The position numbers were made by a program, and so were the translations under genes. This document shows, piece by piece, positions 39,146-53,166 of a stretch of 64,000 nucleotides of DNA (position 1 is its first letter; the number at the start of each line of letters is the position of its first letter). Location of the stretch: assembly GCA_028023455.1 (NCBI GenBank), contig JAQFVV010000002.1, forward strand, positions 8,618,001 through 8,682,000, written 5' to 3'. The DNA comes from Epiperipatus broadwayi (lineage: Eukaryota; Animalia; Onychophora). Under the pieces are notes generated by a model that saw only the letters and a list, made by a program, of their open reading frames with translations, searched no databases and had not been told where the DNA came from.

Positions 39146-40809
39146 TTTGTAATTGAATAAAAATATATACTGAAGTTAAATGCCATTTATAACTGAATAA
39201 AAATATGAGTCATACTGTATCCTTAATCATAGTCTAATTATTGATCACCATATACAACAGAATATGAAACCAAGAAGAACAAATCTAATTTAATAAAATC
39301 CTGTGATTCATGGTGTCATTTGTAATAGAATATAAATAATAAACTAAAGTGAATATTTATTGTAACCACATAGATTCAGATACCATTTAGAATGTATAGA
39401 AAAAAAATAAAATCATTATTTCAAGCTATTTTAAAATATGAACATTATTTGCAATAAGTTGAAGATAAAGCAATAAAACTAAATGTTATTCTTATAAACA
39501 ATGAGCTATGCCTATTATATAAACCACTTATAATAGACAAGAATTAAACAGATAAATTTTAATATTCCTTATGAGTCAAAACACTGTTTATAATACAAAT
39601 TTATACTAAAAGATAAACATTACTTATATTTATATTTAAATGAGATGATTTATGGATGGATGAGATAATAATTTAATATGCCCTACTAATCTAAAATACC
39701 AATGTTATTTAAACAAGTATTTTTAATTATAACTAAATAAAATGAAAATAATGCTAACATAGTTATGCAATTCCACTAATACTAATATGCCCTTATTAAT
39801 TAAATCAATTATAATAAGACTAAATACTCAATAATAATACAAAATCAATTAATCTAACTTATCTTTTCAACTTTCACCAACTTATAAAACTCTAAAATAA
39901 AATCATCTTATTAGATAACATTAAAATTTATAATATCCAGTCATATCAATATATCAAATAAATGATAGATTCCTATTTGATGTTTATTCAGACACAATTG
40001 ATAAATCTTATCTAATTACTCATCAGTTGAATAAAGCTATGTTGTTAAAACTTTAGACTATAATTATCAAAATATATGAAAGATTATTAATGTTTATTAT
40101 AATTAAATATTAAAATTTACTATCTAAGCTGAATTTATAATCCACTTCATTAAACTCTAAATATAATAAAGCAAATCATTGTAATTTGTGACAAAATAAA
40201 ATATATTACTATTACCAGTTCTTCAACTAAAAAAGATTATGATCTTTATAGCTGTACACTGACTTAAAATATATATTCCTTTTAATCAATAATTATTTAA
40301 ATAAAATAGTAGAATTTATTTGCAATTTCCTTTACTCATCTTCAATAATTATCATATTTGTATCTATCAATAATTAAGTCAAGCCACATATAATTTGTAC
40401 CTTAGTATAATTGTTACTTGTTACTAACAAAATAATTACAATAAGCTTCTAATTACTTATTAAATATTTAAGCATATCAAATTTATTTGATCATTGCTAT
40501 ATAAAATTTTATACCTGATTGGATAATAAACATTAAATTTAATACAAAGAAAATGATGTGTAATTATACTTTCTTATTCATTCTATGGTTGGATTTTTGA
40601 ACTATTTTGTAATTGTTTTTCATGAATTATGTAGTATAGTCCATTCATAAATTGTATCTTTTCCATGTACCATTAACCAATAAATTTGCATTGTAAAATT
40701 AAATGGTAATCAAACAAGTTTACTTGTTTTAAATTATTTCATAATTTACTATCAAATGGATATAAATTAAAATCAAAAATATATAAATGGCAAATAAATA
40801 TTTAAAAAA

Positions 40810-40930
40810 TATACATAAAATCTGATTATGCTTTATGCAACAAGTTTTCAACTGACACTAATTATTTTAAATTAAATAGGTTATTGTACATTGAAATTCA
40901 CCTTTAAAATGCTAAGACTACAATATATAT
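40810..40930 (+). repeat. Partial copy of the dispersed repeat (matches 30595-30730)
   Basis: ATCTGATTATGCTTTA...AAAATGCTAAGACTA.AATATATATTTAT shared. Confidence 0.8.
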
Positions 40931-43900
40931 TTATATATTTATGGTAGACATATAATGTATAAAGAAATTACAGCTGTAGAGTATTTAAAGAAAAATTAGG
41001 ATATAGGTTGGGTTTAGACATGTAAAGGCAATTGATAGACTAACAGCAAATTTAAATGTGCTTTAATTGTTAAGATTGAATGTGGTACCTGGGAAATAGA
41101 GGGGTGCTGAGTGTTACTATTGGGACAATTATAAATTTTCTTGTCTTGTGTAAGGTGTCATTTAAAAGCAAATTGAAAGGACTACAATTTTATATTAATT
41201 TGAAATAAATATCTGATAATATTCAGTCATAAGAATTTTAAGTTAAATTAAAACCATTATTTTAAATTATAAAAATCTTTTTCAGCTTGCTACATTCAAT
41301 CTTGATTTTTTTAATTTTTTATATACAATTTAAAACTGGGAAATTCTCAAGTAAACCATGCGATCATTTAGTAGTGTGAATAATTAATATCAAAATTGGG
41401 TGTAATAACCAATCAAAATTTAATGCTAGGGGTGAATGGTCAAGGAGGTGGGTTTGAAGATGAGGGACAACCGAAGATTATAAAAGGACCATGCACAATT
41501 TGAGAGGGCTCTGTTGTTCTGTTGTGTTCTAGTGGTCCTTTGTATTTTTCTGCTTGTTCCCAGCTTCTGACCTAATATTTTGTTAAAACTTGCAATAAAA
41601 GTAAAATTCTACTAAGTTTTATAAGCATGTTAACATAAATCTCTAAGTCAGATACATCTTTCACCCCCAAAAAACAATCATGAATCGAATCCCAAGGATA
41701 GCAAATGTCTGTGTGATTGATCAATGGATGGCACATCCGGAGCAGACTCTCCGATTTTCTCAACATGAAACATCACAGGTCTTAATTTTCTTCAATACTT
41801 ATTTTGTTAAAACTATTATGTTATTTTAAATATTTGAATGGCTTTATTTAAGAAAGAGAAGGAAATACTTAAGTATGAATATTAGCTATAATTTGTACTT
41901 TTTAAAAAACTATTTTGGAGTATGGGGCCAAGCTTTACACATTTTCTATCATGAAGGAAAGACTGTTTCTTGTATGAGAGAAATTTTAAAATATTCACAA
42001 ATAACCATTACTTAATTGGGAAAAGGAAAACTGAGTAAATGAAAGTTCAAATGAAATCGTAAAATTTATTGTAGTAATAAATGCTGAGCTGAATATATCT
42101 AAAATGAAATTGCCAAACTTAAAAAACCATGGAATGACTGAGTTCATTGAAGTGCTATTAAAACTTATGAGTAATTTTGATTGTCAACGTTAGATTAAGT
42201 GATTTTTTTTTAATATTGAATGCTTCATAAAAAAAATATTATAAACCTCATAGGATCCTAAGGAATAGTGCAGCTGCTTCATAAGAATAAGTTTTCTAAA
42301 TTTAAAAATGCTATTAAACAATTGTGCAATTTTGGAATAATCTTGCATCAAGGAATTATGGCCACTTATTTGTTTTCATGTTTGGATACTGTCATGTGTG
42401 TGCATTTATAATATGTGTGGATTAACTTTAAATGATTGTATGGAGGATACTGATTGTGTTAAATTGTCACAGTGAATGGAAAGATCATAAGTGATGAACT
42501 GTGCTGAGGACTTTTAAGTATAATTTTTCTCTTTATTTTATTATGCATTGATTTATTATGTATATGTATGGAAAGCCTATTTTATTTTAGTGTCTATTAT
42601 TTAAAATATATTAATGAATATATCGGTATTAAATGTAGGTTATAGTAGATAAAATATACCTTCTTCTTTATATATCATTATAGTGGAATTTTGATGATAC
42701 CATAATATGAATAACTTGTCTGTGTGAAAGTTTGAAATGTTTACATGAGAGGTTCATGGATATATAAAATTCTTTTTTATGCTTACAAGTAAATATTGAT
42801 ATTATTAATGCTTTATTTTATTATTTATGTAGTATTAAGATTTTGATATTGCTATGTTCTGGATGATGAGAGATTTAAGTATAATTGTTATATGTTGAAA
42901 AGTGATGCACATTTCTTATTTTGTAATTATTTATTCTAGTCATATTGGATTATTATTGCATTATTTTTTTTATACATCAATATAGTATTTAGTGAGAGTT
43001 CAGACTTTGTTCTCTTAAAATTAAGTGATGTTTGTGAATGATCATGTTTGTTCAAGGTATGCTAACTTATTGCTGCCTTGAGGGTTAAAGTTGAGCATAG
43101 CTCTCTCACGATTATAGGTATTAAGTATTTTAACAATGTATTAAGAGATCAAGGATGTATCCCCAGCTCCATAAGATACATATACAGATTCATGCCACCA
43201 CAGATGTGTTGCTTTTTGGTCTTATTTTTCTTACAAATATATATTTTGTAGTCCTATTTTTATTGTGTAAGAATTTGTAACTTAATGGTTGGTCCTTGTG
43301 TAGTTCCTATTGAAGTGTATTACCTACTTCAGGGTACTTTTTAATTTTAAGTGTGAATCAAGAATTGATGTATAATACCTTGGCTGAGCTTTGCTCACCA
43401 TCATTTATAAGACCAATACGCACTCAAAATTTAAAGTTAATGTTAAAAGCCTAAATAAGCAGTACACATCATAACCAGTTCATAATGGAAACAAGTCACC
43501 ACTGGAATAGTAAGATTAATGGGTTATTACTCATGTTGGCCATGTAAAGCATTGAGTGTATGTAAGTGCATGAGTGTGAGCTCTAGAACCCTTAGTTAGT
43601 TTAGAGTTAGAAAGTTTTTAATTTTTTAGAGTTAGAAAGTTCAAAGTATCAAACAAACAGACAAGCGATAATTTAAAAGAGTAACTAAAAGTTATAAGTT
43701 TAAACCTAAGTGGTTAGTTAGATGGTGTGACTATTAAAGATTAATGAAACAATGTATAATATTTGGTTTGTAAAGTCAATAGCATCATGGGGCATATATT
43801 TCTTTTGATAAGTAGAATCAATTAAAAGTTACTTTGTAATTTGCTGATTTTAAGGGCTGTTAAAGTAAATAGTTATTTAGGCTTGCCTCCTAGGAAAACA

Positions 43901-44671
43901 TTTCTAAACCAGCAAAAATATAACTGATTGAGATTTTTTTATTTTATTTTATTTTATTTATGTCCATGCAAAGCTGTGATTGACAGAGGCATGTCTTATT
44001 AAGCATAAAAAGGGATCATATTCCCTGTAGCGATTGTAAATTCATGTAAATATTTTGTTTTATTAATTGGATTGCTACGATGCTATGTTAGATTCAAATT
44101 TGTAGTTTTCAACATGATTTGTTAATAAATGTTATGTGTTAATTAAGATTTGATGGTGTGTTTTAATGTTTTGGTACCCACGAAATCCAGAAATCTTAAT
44201 CATATGCTATTTTAAATTAATGTTTTCAGACACATTGCAAAAATTTAATTATTAAATTGATATTTTCTCATGAAATCCGAAATTTGCTTAAAAAAAACAT
44301 TCATAACTTGCTTTACAAATTATTATGGTTGCACTGTAAACATCTGGAAGGAGATTTACTTTTAAGTTAATTAATTATTTTCATTTTCATAAATTTATTG
44401 TGGTGGCTTAGATCTTGAGTGGACATAAAATCCCTTTTTCCACTCCTGGTATTTGAATGCACTCCCAACCAATGGTAATCTAGATCAAAATTTAAAATTG
44501 GTAGAATATTCTATTTTAGTTAACTGTTTAGTATTTTATATGATTTTATTATAGTAAATCAATATAGCACTAAAAACACAATAATCGCAAAGCTAAAGAT
44601 ATGTAGTATTTTATTGTCATATGCTGAGCGTTTTCAAGAGACATCCATGTGAACTGCAGACAACTGATGAT

Positions 44672-45920
44672 GTTTTGTTATTCCAGAAAAAATAAAAATA
44701 TCATGAAAAGATATTTGATTTGAATCACATTTTATTAATTTCAATATTTTCCAAATATACAAATTATTCTTTCATATAGCAGATATTTGATCTATGATGT
44801 TATCAGTGTACAAACACTAGTTTATATTTACAATACAATGTAGATACACTTTCATTTAGCAAATACTTAATTTATAAACCATTACAAGTGAACAGATGTT
44901 AGTTTCATACATCATGATGCTATGGAAAGTGAACCAATTTCTATCTTGTATATAAATTTAATTCATCATTCACATAAAATTATATCAGCAGGTGAACAAA
45001 ATTTTTCTATACATCTTGATGTTAGTATTTATATCTCTTCTTTGAAAAGTAAATAATATTCTTTTTTTTAAAGCAACAAAATATTTTGATGTTTTTTCAA
45101 TGCAATGAATATATAAATTGTCATTCTTCACAAATCCTAAATAAATCTGTCTAGTTAACAGATGAATACTATTGCTTTCACCCCATCATTATATTCATTT
45201 AATAATCATATACTTTAAATAAATAAAAAAATTACATGAAGAAACTTAGGTTAGTTTTTATTGAAGCCAAGATAAGAGAGAGTTTAAACTGTTTAGTTCT
45301 ATTTATAAATTTTTTTGATTGATGTCAGAGAAACTATAGCAATACTCTGTATTAACTTTTTGGTCAATTCCCGCCAGTGTCCCACAAATATAAATCTTAT
45401 TACATAATAATAATGACAAATAAAAAATATAACTAATCCATATAAAATATGATATTTACTTTTTAAAATACACAAAATATTCTTTCACTCCAACATAAAC
45501 TAAACAATTATGATTGCATTCTTTTATACTACAATTGAAATATACTTTTTACTCATATTTTCCAACAAAATATTATACAAATAAAATGACAAACATATTT
45601 GAGACATTAAATATTTAGGTGTTGTAGTATTTGTAACCTATTATTGTGAATACAATAATGAAATTATACATAATAAACAAAAAACTATAATTTTATCAAG
45701 ACTATAAACTTTATTATTTACACATTTCTTTTTGAAATGAATAAAGTCAATCCACAAATTTTTATACCAGAATTAATAATAAATGTTTATTTTTCCAATA
45801 TTAGTGTTGTCATAGCAATATATTCCAATGCTCCCCAGGTTAATATATCCACTATTAAAATAAATATATTTTTTTATGATTGACACTACACCACATATTG
45901 AAATTTATTTTAAATTTGAG
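44672..45920 (+). repeat. Copy B of the long dispersed direct repeat (matches 31165-32420)
   Basis: Collinear blocks such as TTTTGTTATTCCAGAAAAA, CAGCAGGTGAA, GAAGCCAAGAT, TTCCAATGCTCC. Confidence 0.85.
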
Positions 45921-46499
45921 TATGTACAATATATATATATTATATTAAATATTTTCACTGTTATATAGTAAAAATAAAGTCTTACTTGGATTATAATATA
46001 TTATTTTTTTGTTTTAATTTCCAATACTTTGATTGAAATAACATTTGTCCTTGTCAAGACTAAGGTTTTAATAAAGAACCTATATATCTTATGTAATAAT
46101 GAGTTTGAGTATAAATAATTGATCGTTGAATATTCAGAATAGGAGGAACAACAAAAAATTTTTTTTATCTATCTCTGTCTTAAAATTAGTTTATTTATTT
46201 CAACTGACTTTAAAAGAAAGAAAAAAAATAATTGATTTCCATTAGGCTCTTAAATCATATTTTTGCAAATTATCTAGTATTTTAGTACTATAAAACTCAG
46301 GTATGTGATCCATTTCTAAAAATGTGATGTAAAAGCTAATGTAATCAACTTTTGATTGAAGGCATTTTATGCTCCCTAACTAATACATTTGTCTGATTGA
46401 TTCACATTGCTTTTTAGCACTATGAATATGGAATTTCATAGACACTTTGATATTCTAAAAGTACTGCTTTTAGTTTTATGGAATTTATGTGTACATATA

Positions 46500-47790
46500 T
46501 ATAATAAGCATGCTAATAGCTCTTAACAAGCTTTTCTGAATATACCTATTTCCAAATTGTTTTCAAGCTGCTGGTTATTGTCAGTGAGGCACTAGAATAT
46601 TCAGACATTAAATCTAAAAATACCAGTTCAAGCCCAGAATTTATCTAATAGTTAACTATTGAGTAGAAAATCTGAAATTTTTAGACATCAATGTCTTCAA
46701 ATCCAGATAACTTAAATAGTCATATGGGACTGAACTATGTTCAGATACACCATATATTAATAGCTTTAACAATATAACATCACCAAAGCCTCATGAGTAA
46801 AACTATCATAGTAATAAAAATCAAGTCATACATCATGTGACTTAATTTAATAAACTTGTACTACAAATGTAATATAATGAGTAAAATCACTATCCCCAAA
46901 CCCCTTTCAAGTTGCCAAATATCATAAGTGAGGTACTAACATATTCTGACATGAGATCTAAAAATACCAGATCAAGCTCAGAATTTATTTAATAGTTAAT
47001 TATTAAATAAAAAATCTTAAATTTTCAGACATCTATATGTTCTCAAATCCAGATATCTAACTTAAATAGCCATATGGGACTGAACTAAGTTTATATACAT
47101 CAATATTAATAGCTTTAGCAATATAACATCATCAAAGCCTCTAGAGTAAAACTATAATAGTAATAAAAATCCAAGTCATACTTCACATGACTTAATAAGC
47201 TTGTACTACAAATGTAATATAATGAGCATGCTAATAGCTCTTAACAAGTTTTCTGAATATCTCTATCTTCAAACTGTTTTCAAGTTGCTGGCTGTCATCT
47301 CACTTATGATAATCAGCAGCTTGAAACTGTTTTGGGGATATGAATATTAGAAAAAGCTTGTTAAGATCTATTAGCATGCTCATTTTATTACATTTGTAAT
47401 ACAAGCTTGTTAAATTATGTCATATGATGTATGACTTAGTTTTTCTCTAGAGGCTTTGGTAATGTTATTTTGCTAAAACTATTAATATTGGTATATATGA
47501 ACTTAGTTCAGTTTCATGTGGCTATTTAAGTTAGATAGCTGGATTTGAGTACATATAGATGTCTGAAAATTTAAGATTTTTTACTTAATAGTTAACTATT
47601 AGATAAATATTGGTCTTGGGCTGGTATTTTTAGATCTAATGCCTAAATTTCCTAGCACCTCACCGATGATAGCCAGCAGCTTGAAACTCGTTTGGGAATA
47701 AGGATATTCAGAAAAACTTGTTAAGAACTATTAGCATGCTCATTATATTACATTTGTAGTACAAGCTTATTAAATTAAGTCATGTAATGT
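46500..47790. mobile_element. Hammerhead-repeat family 3 array: about 2.2 units on - and about 1.35 units on +, head-to-head (unit about 345-375 nt)
   Basis: TCTAAAAATACC at 46613 and 46957, CTTGTACTACAAATG at 46856 and 47200; inverted copies from about 47299; junction lies at the ribozyme core. Confidence 0.85.
47659..47696 (+). ncRNA. Degenerate hammerhead motif, family 3 (best-preserved of five copies)
   Basis: CTCA CCGATGA T AGC CAGCA GCT T GAAA CTCG TT TGGG; other copies at about 47299-47337 (+) and about 46545-46588, 46890-46932 and 47265-47298 (-). Confidence 0.6.
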
Positions 47791-48062
47791 ATGAATTGAT
47801 TCTCATTACTACATATATATACTAATAAAAAAACATAATTACTTCTCTATAAAGCTGCTTTAATATTTCAAATATAGAAAAGTAATTGTGTGTTTTTTCT
47901 TTTATTAGTATTTTTTATATTTCCTTGAATTAGTTCATATATATTACAAATTACAAAAAATATACCAATAACTGTATGCCATAAAAATAAGTATTAAATT
48001 TAAAAGTTCATCATACACAACTTTTAAAATTCACCATGTTGATGCATAGGGGAGTAAAGAAT

Positions 48063-48112
48063 GTTATTCACTGATGATATTTCTGTTTAAATATGAAATA
48101 CTCTATAATAAC
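48063..48112 (+). ncRNA. Possible degenerate hammerhead motif
   Basis: GTTATTCA CTGATGA TATTT CTGTTT AAATAT GAAA TACTC TA TAATAAC; stem I GTTATT/AATAAC, AT-only stem II, stem III unpaired. Confidence 0.35.
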
Positions 48113-49539
48113 TAAATAATTATTGTATGCATTGATATGGGTGGACAGGTAATGAGTGGGGATTAATCAACTTCATTATATAAATATACTTTGACATATG
48201 TCCTGGATATATCTGAGTATATATTTTATAATTACATATAATAGATATTTATATATAGTAATTAGCTTCATGAAATTCAGTTCCTGGTATACTATTTATA
48301 ACTTATAATATCAATTTTTTAAGAATTTATATTTTTTTTTACTCCATTCATTAGATGCAATTACTTCTAATTTTAATAATTGCATATAATAATTATGAAG
48401 TAAATAGTTTCCTGGAGTACAGTTTCTGCACACTTTTTATAATTTGTATGTACTTTTCAAGAGCTTTTCTTTTCTTAAGAGACTTATGCATTTATAATTT
48501 TAATATGAAAGTCATCATGGATATTTATGGGGAGAGGACTGATATTAATTTTCAGAGTCAATTGATGAGATCTCTGTTCTATGTCGAAATACTAGACTGT
48601 AAAATATCAACATGATTGTTTTTTTTAATGCATTGATATGGGTGACCATCTATTTATTTATTTACATGTTTATGTATGGTTCAAGCAATAATGTTACATA
48701 TATGGACACATATTTAAAAATGAAATTAAAGATAAAATGTGTTCAATAAATAACTGTAAATTCATAAGCCTAATTGCAATGAATTATATATTTTATGTTT
48801 TCTATTTAATTTATAATCAATGCTGTAATTCATTCATCTAAAATTACTAAAAAAAAATTATCAGTATTTTAATTTATAATTTTCTAATTCCTTTATTCAT
48901 TATGGATTAAAAATTTGCTTATAGATTGTTTTTAGATTTTTATAAGAACCTAAAGCTCAAAAGTAGTACAACTAGTCAAGATTAATGTTTTGACATATTA
49001 TTTTTAACTAGTTTATTTAGACATCTTATCAATTCTATTATTCAGTAGGAGTAAAACTCTACTAACAAAATATAATTCATATCATTAGGATGCTTTTTTG
49101 CCTACTATAGCATTAAAAAATAGGAACAATATAGGGGCTTTGCATAAAATATTCCCTACAGATATAATTATCTAATTAAGGATGATTAATGCCTTATAAA
49201 TTTGAGAATGAAACTTAAAAACCAATAAAACATATAATAAATTCAATATAACAAATTTTAGATAAGTTTAAAAGTTAGTTACACTATTATAACCTTGTCC
49301 AATGTAAATCATATATTTAATTATATCCAATATCATAAATAATAAAATTTATAATGATTATGATACTTTTCAATATTTGAAAGCACTTACCTTTAAAATA
49401 AATTTCTTTATTATAAAACAAACCTGGTCTGCTGTTAAATATTTTAACATTTATTAAATAATTAAAATGGTTACTTGTACATTTATATAATGATAATATC
49501 TGGAGAACATTAATATTTCTTTATTATACTAATAATAAT

Positions 49540-49730
49540 ATTTAAATATATGTATATTGTCTATTCTAAACTTAATGTAATTATAAGGGACTTGTACTCA
49601 GATTTTCAAACTCCCTACATCTATCCAATGCATCTTATACAACTAATAATCATGACCATATACTTGTGAAAAAGATAAATGATATCAAATATATGTATTT
49701 CATGCTGAACCACCACTCATCAATTGGAGC
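49540..49730 (-). mobile_element. Hammerhead-repeat family 2b fragment with degenerate ribozyme (49686-49727)
   Basis: CCAA TTGATGA GTGGTGGTTCAGCAT GAAA TACATA TA TTTG; downstream sequence matches 58930-59100. Confidence 0.75.
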
Positions 49731-49914
49731 TTGAAAGTCTGAGATCAACTAAATAAGAAATTATAATAAAGTTCACAAAGTAAACCATTGGTTTATACTC
49801 CAATGGATATATATGATTAAACTTTATTCCATAAAGAAATATTACGCTTGTATAATATTCCAATGTTTTTGAGAATTCATGTAAACATTTTAATAAAAGC
49901 ATCAAAGATTATAT

Positions 49915-52900
49915 TCATCATCATCATCATCAACCATTATCAATACACTGCAGGATGAAGGTCTCTCCAAGTTCAATCCATCTTTTTCTATCTTTAGCTT
50001 CCCTTCTCCACATCACCCCTGCACACTTTCTTATTTCATTTACCCATCTCTCATGTGGTCTCTTTCTCGGTCTTTTACAATCTCTTGGAATACTGTTTAA
50101 AATTTCAATTGTCCATCTATTATCATCTCTTCTAACAATATATACATCCCAACTCCACTTCAGTCTTTTAATTTTTTCGATGAGGTCAGTAACACCTGTT
50201 TGTTCTCTTACCCATACATTACGTTTTCAATCCCTTCTTGTTACTCCCAACATGCATCTCTCCATACTTCTTTGAGTGGTCTGAAGTCTCTGTATTGCTC
50301 CTCTATTAAGTGTCCAAGTCTCAGATCCATAAGTAAGAACTGGCAAAACACATTTATTAAAAACCTTCCTTTTCAAACACATAGGCATATTTCCTTTTAG
50401 TATCAAGTTATTTCTACCAAAATCACTCCAACCAAGTTTAATTCTATGATTAATTTCATCCATTATATTTCCATCTGTATTAATAATCTGACCAAGGTAT
50501 TTGTAACTGTTAACTTTTTTTAACTCATCGTAATCAATCTTTATTTTCATATTTTGAGAAAATCTACTAAACATTACTTTAGTCTTTTTAACATTTATCT
50601 TTAGTTCTACTTTCCTACTTTCATCTGATAACTCCTGCAACATTTCCTGTAACTCTAAAGCATTATTTGCAAAAACAACTACATCATCTGCAAAATCTAA
50701 ATGACTTAAATAATCTCCATTTACTTTCACTCCTTTAGCTTCCCATTTTAATCCACAAAATACTTCTTGCAGCACTGCTGTAAAAAGTTTTGGAGATATG
50801 GAGTCACCCTGTCTTACACTCTTTTCAATGTTGATTTTCCTACTATCATTGTGTAATCTAATTGTTGCTGTTGCATTTTTATAAATATTCTTTAAAATAT
50901 GAAAATATCCTGGATCTACACCTTGATGACCCAATGCTTTAATCACTGAAGAAATGTTTATAGAATCAAATGCCTTTTCATAGTCTACAAATCCTAAGCA
51001 TAATGGCAACTCATATTCATTTGTCCTTTCTATAATTTCTCTCAATATCTGGATATGATCTACTGTACGAAAACCACTTTTAAATCCAGTTTGTTCTCTT
51101 GGTTGGTGGAAATTCAGTGTTTTCTGTAGATGAGTTATAATTATCTTAGTAAACATTTTGTATAAAACTGATAAAAGACTGATAGGTCTGTAATTTCTAA
51201 TATCTTCTTTATCACCTTTTTTAAATATTAATATTAATACTGCATTCTTCCAATCATCTGGTACATCTTTATCATTTAGACATTTGGTATATAACTTTGC
51301 TAAAAAAATTCTATTTCTTCACCTGCTTTTTTTAATATATCAATTATTATTCCATCATTACCTGGAGCCTTCCCTTTCTTCATAAATTTAATTGCATGTC
51401 TCACTTCCTCATTCAAAATTCTTGGCAATTTGGAAGATATAATAGGTATAAGAGGCACTTGTTCTTTATTACTATATAATTCTTGATAGAAGTCTTCTAC
51501 ACATTTCATGATGCCATCTTTCTTTTTAGTAATAATGCCATCTTTTTTTCTTATTGCAGATATAAATTTCCTACCAATACCAAAATGTTGTTTTACACTC
51601 TTTAGACTTTTATTCTCTTCTACAGCTTTCCTTGCTAATTCACAATTCTACTTTCTTATATCATTTTCAACTCTTTTCCGCACCATTTTACAAAATTCGA
51701 GATTTCAATTTTTTTTAATGTATCATTATTGTATATACTCATATTCCTTCTTTTCTTTATAAATTCTCTAGTCTCAGTAGAAATTTTATTGGTCAATTGC
51801 TGCTTTTTTCTACCAGTTATCTTTGTTGCAGTTTTTAAAAGTGTATCACTTATTTTCCTATTAATGTCATTCAAATCTGAATCATGTTCAAAATCTACTA
51901 ATACTTGAAACCATTTGTAAGTTCTAATTTAAATTCATTAGAATGTTTCTGAAAATTAGGAATATCAACTGTAAATATTGTTTTTCTTAATAATTTATGC
52001 CTCTCTAGTTTTGCATTTACATGTATCTTACATATTACTAATCGATGATCACTTCCTGTGTTAAATTTATTAAGCACATTACAATCTTGAAATATGCATT
52101 TTCTGTTAGTCAAAATATAATCCAATTCTGCTGTACCTTCATTTGGATCCTTCCATGTCCATTTCCTTTTAACATTTTTCTCAACAAAAAAAAGAATTCA
52201 TAATATAAACTTTTTCTTTTTCTACAAACTCCACAAGTCTATGTCCTCTCATTCCTATTACCATAACCAAAATTACCTACAGAATTTTCATTTGTTTACC
52301 AATTCTAGCATTAAAGTCTCCCATAACAATTTTAAAATGTTGTTTACTCTGATCAAAAGCCTTTTGTACATCTATATAAAAATCTTTTATAACTTCATCA
52401 CTATGAGAACTTATTGGGGCATAAACCTGAATTATCTGCCTTTGGTATCTGCTATTAAGTTGTAAAACTAATCTTGCCACTCTATCTGATACACCATCAA
52501 TCTCCACAATATTATTCTTTCATTTTTTATTTATAATGAATCCTACTCCACTTGTATTGCCAATATTTGTGCCTTTATAGTATATGTCCATTTTTTAAAT
52601 CAATTGTTTCTTCACCTTTTCTTCTAACTTCACAAAGTCCAATAATGTCCCATTTAATATAAGACAGTTTTTTTTCTAACTCTTGCAATATTCCTTCACT
52701 TGAAAGTGATCTGCAGTTGTAAGTATCTAAATAAAAAGTCATCATCAAATGACAGCCTGAGTCTGCAATCGGGATTCTTAGCACCCTCCATTTTTGGCCA
52801 CCAACCGCTGCCTTGGTTGGTGATTTTACAGCCTCCTGGGAATAAGGGCCATGATTTATTTTTGCCTGTCATGATTGTATATATTGGAAAAAATATTCTT

Positions 52901-53100
52901 AAACTCAGAGGTAAAAAGCCAATAAACTCATCACGCTGGCTAGTGCGTGTTGGTGAGCAGCCCATCCATGTTCGTATACTATATAAATAATCACATAGTA
53001 ATAACAGCTTCAACGACAAGAACGTATGAAGTGGACATTAGGAATTTGCCCTGTTCAGTTCCTTTAAGGCCTCCAAGAGGAATCAAAGGGTCTTTTTTCA
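49915..53100 (-). mobile_element. Near-full-length RTE-clade LINE, inactivated
   Basis: Single APE-RT frame broken into ORFs 52575-52784 (TYNCRSL...DIIGLCEVRR), 52277-52507 (QVYAP, GDFNARIG), 51898-52125 (DYIL, SDHR), 51656-51874, 51300-51509 and 50227-51156; ends WIELGETFILQCIDNG* then (GAT)n tail at 49915-49934. Confidence 0.95.
50227..51156 (-). pseudogene. RTE reverse transcriptase domain (309-aa open segment, longest ORF in the window)
   Basis: QTGFKSG, FVDYEKAFDS, VRQGDSISP, FADD, YKYLG, LTYGSETW. Confidence 0.95.
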
Positions 53101-53166
53101 GTTAATAGCAAACTCCTTTCTGCAGCCAAAGATTATATTAAGCATAATTAAATTCCTTTTGTAATT

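Larger units (their letters stand above)
33600..39150 (-). mobile_element. Decayed Ty3/Gypsy LTR-retrotransposon internal region (gag-PR-RT-RH-IN)
   Basis: Coiled-coil gag ORFs 38154-38480 and 37661-37969; protease ALLDL*SQISII at about 36760-36795; RIPFGL at about 35900; IYVDDI at 35813-35830; RNase H QTDSSGYG and VITDHKSL...RLVRWSSFLQQFNYKIQCYKGKDNTIAD; integrase GHYG at about 34460 and YHPQSN-like at about 34140. Domain order PR-RT-RH-IN is diagnostic of Gypsy. Confidence 0.9.

Noticed and set aside
44655-44720. CTGATGA...GAAA at the start of repeat copy B as a hammerhead
   Set aside because: Stems I and III do not form, and the paralogous copy at about 31160 lacks CTGATGA
46500-47790. 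CRISPR-like or satellite array
   Set aside because: Units are about 350 nt with no unique spacers, the context is eukaryotic, and a ribozyme-repeat insertion explains it
52940-53130. HDV-like ribozyme at the RTE 5' end (TTCCTCT loop-like)
   Set aside because: P1/P3 pairings could not be built by eye; it would need an RNArobo/Infernal search
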